This document shows positions 55,214-56,385 of a stretch of 56,385 nt of DNA, one piece after another (within the stretch, counting starts at the first letter, position 1; each line of letters begins with the position of its first letter). A program made the translations under genes and the position numbers. The stretch spans positions 1-56,385 of the forward strand of contig CAVKNZ010000005.1 in the NCBI GenBank assembly GCA_963657885.1. The letters run 5' to 3'. This DNA comes from Bacteroidaceae bacterium (GTDB taxonomy: Bacteria; Bacillota_I; Bacilli_A; RFN20; CAG-826). The notes below the pieces were generated by a model, which was given only the letters and a program-made list of their open reading frames with translations, did not search any database and was not told the origin of the DNA.

Positions 55214-56204
55214 TTACGGTTAATGCCTCCTCTTGTTTTAATGCTAAATCGGTAAATCTTTTATTGCTTTGAATGTGTTTATAGAAAAGCTCAAATAGTT
55301 TTTCAAAACCCTCTACTGATTTTGGAAGGTATTTCCTTAAATAAGACATGCGTGTCATATTTGATGTTACTTCCACGGCAAAGAGATTGGCGAAGAATTC
55401 TTCCACTCCTTTGAGAAGATCACACTCATAATATTCTTTACTATGATAATGTAAATAAAGACCATTAAAATCATATGATGAAGATAAAGCATCTAAAATA
55501 GGTGAATATTTACTGTTAAGAATATTAAAGCATTTTTTGACAATTAACTGGAAATAAGTTTCCACAAAGCCAACGTTATATAATTCCTCTTGAAGAGCTT
55601 TTCTTTTGTTTATAACTTTTTTATCTTTTGAGCGTTCGTCTAAGGAAGACAACTCACGATATTTATCAATGTTATTGATTAAAATATCATAAGCGTCCTT
55701 GTTGATATTTGAATTGATGATGTCTTTATATTCATTCATCACCAATGCATATAATTCTTCTTTCTTGCTATTGAATTCTTCAGTGAAGATTTCATAAAGG
55801 GTTTTATTATCACTTATAGCAACGTTTCTTGTTAACGTTGCATAATAGCCAAAAAAGAAATCCACCGCATGACCTAATTCATGAGGAAGAGTTTCTACAT
55901 CATTAATATCGGTCACGAGGCGATTAACCGCCCTCTTACGGAAATCATCAATCGTGGCAATTCTCTCGTTCTTATTAAAAATTTCTTTATCATAGTCAGG
56001 ACGAAGATAACCTTCTTTATATTCGTGAACAATCTTAAGCGAACTGTTATTGATTAGCTTTAAGATGAAATTCCTATATAAAGGAGAGAAATACTCCGCT
56101 TGTCTTCTTAAATCTTCTTTATGATAAGCAAATGTTCTTTTGCTCTTTTTATATAACGCATGAGCGATTGCTTCTATTTCATTATTGTTATTTACTTCTT
56201 TCAT
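55206..56204 (-). CDS. HExxH zincin-like metallopeptidase-domain protein
   Basis: ETLPHELGHAVDFFFGY. No signal peptide. Confidence 0.45.
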   Translation of the reverse strand: MKEVNNNNEIEAIAHALYKKSKRTFAYHKEDLRRQAEYFSPLYRNFILKLINNSSLKIVHEYKEGYLRPDYDKEIFNKNERIATIDDFRKRAVNRLVTDINDVETLPHELGHAVDFFFGYYATLTRNVAISDNKTLYEIFTEEFNSKKEELYALVMNEYKDIINSNINKDAYDILINNIDKYRELSSLDERSKDKKVINKRKALQEELYNVGFVETYFQLIVKKCFNILNSKYSPILDALSSSYDFNGLYLHYHSKEYYECDLLKGVEEFFANLFAVEVTSNMTRMSYLRKYLPKSVEGFEKLFELFYKHIQSNKRFTDLALKQEEALTVNE

Positions 56205-56385
56205 TAAGCCTCTCTTTCTATGCAGATAAACCGCATAAGTAATAATCGTTACTTAAAACGATGTGATGAATAAAGATGAAAAGTTAATTAAATGTTGCCA
56301 AAGAACGGTCTTATTTAGGGTTGACTAAACCCCAAACTTCCTCAAAGTATATTTATAAAAAAGTAAAAGTGGCTCAAAAGATATT

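Noticed and set aside
29423-56204. Prophage or ICE annotation for the island
   Set aside because: No terminase, portal, capsid, tail, lysis, relaxase, T4SS or integrase motifs were recognisable in any of the ORFs within the window. It may still be part of a larger element extending past 56385, so it is left as an 'accessory island'.

Overview
AT-rich bacterial chromosomal segment. It uses the standard code: TGA is the stop in several ATGA start/stop overlaps and Trp is TGG. The many Cys-lipobox lipoproteins suggest a low-GC Bacillota or Mollicutes-like (Acholeplasma/Erysipelotrichia-type) host.

The window has three parts.

(1) 1-9.7 kb is a patchwork. It holds a 5'-truncated ORF carrying ten perfect in-frame 21-bp repeats, a pRiA4b-ORF3-like operon, a HipBA toxin-antitoxin pair, an AlbA_2/RecG-like regulator, an ECF-S-like membrane protein and an AAA_14/DUF4143 ATPase. 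The two orphan ATPase/regulator genes are each preceded by phased 20- or 33-bp direct-repeat arrays.

(2) 9.9-29.1 kb holds Leloir genes galT-galK, then a convergent minus-strand glycan-utilisation locus. That locus encodes galM, a LacI regulator, a SASA-type esterase, three GH43 enzymes, a GH36 alpha-galactosidase, two paralogous Big_2 surface lipoproteins and a complete sugar ABC importer. A perfect 16-bp palindromic operator candidate sits at its head.

(3) 29.4-56.2 kb is an accessory island, almost entirely on the minus strand. I saw no integrase, tRNA or phage structural genes in the window.

The most interesting part of the island is an operon led by a sigma-A promoter and a SAM-I (S-box)-like riboswitch. 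It encodes a MoxR-like AAA+ ATPase, an HExxH+VWA protein, a divergent MetK (SAM synthetase) paralog and an FtsK-like P-loop protein. Downstream are two paralogous wHTH proteins, a catalytically degenerate PolC-derived protein, a WYL regulator with a PD-(D/E)xK-like partner, and a TM-less FtsH-like AAA+/M41 protein. The right-hand part of the island carries a second TM-less FtsH-like protein, a Doc toxin, an ADP-ribosylglycohydrolase, an FtsK-gamma+HAD protein, an HExxH zincin and an HhH-like protein.

The recurring stand-alone, divergent copies of housekeeping proteins (MetK, PolC, FtsH x2, FtsK), together with SAM-sensing control, make this a candidate undescribed conflict/defence system. All functional calls come from motif recognition by eye. 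No database searches were run.
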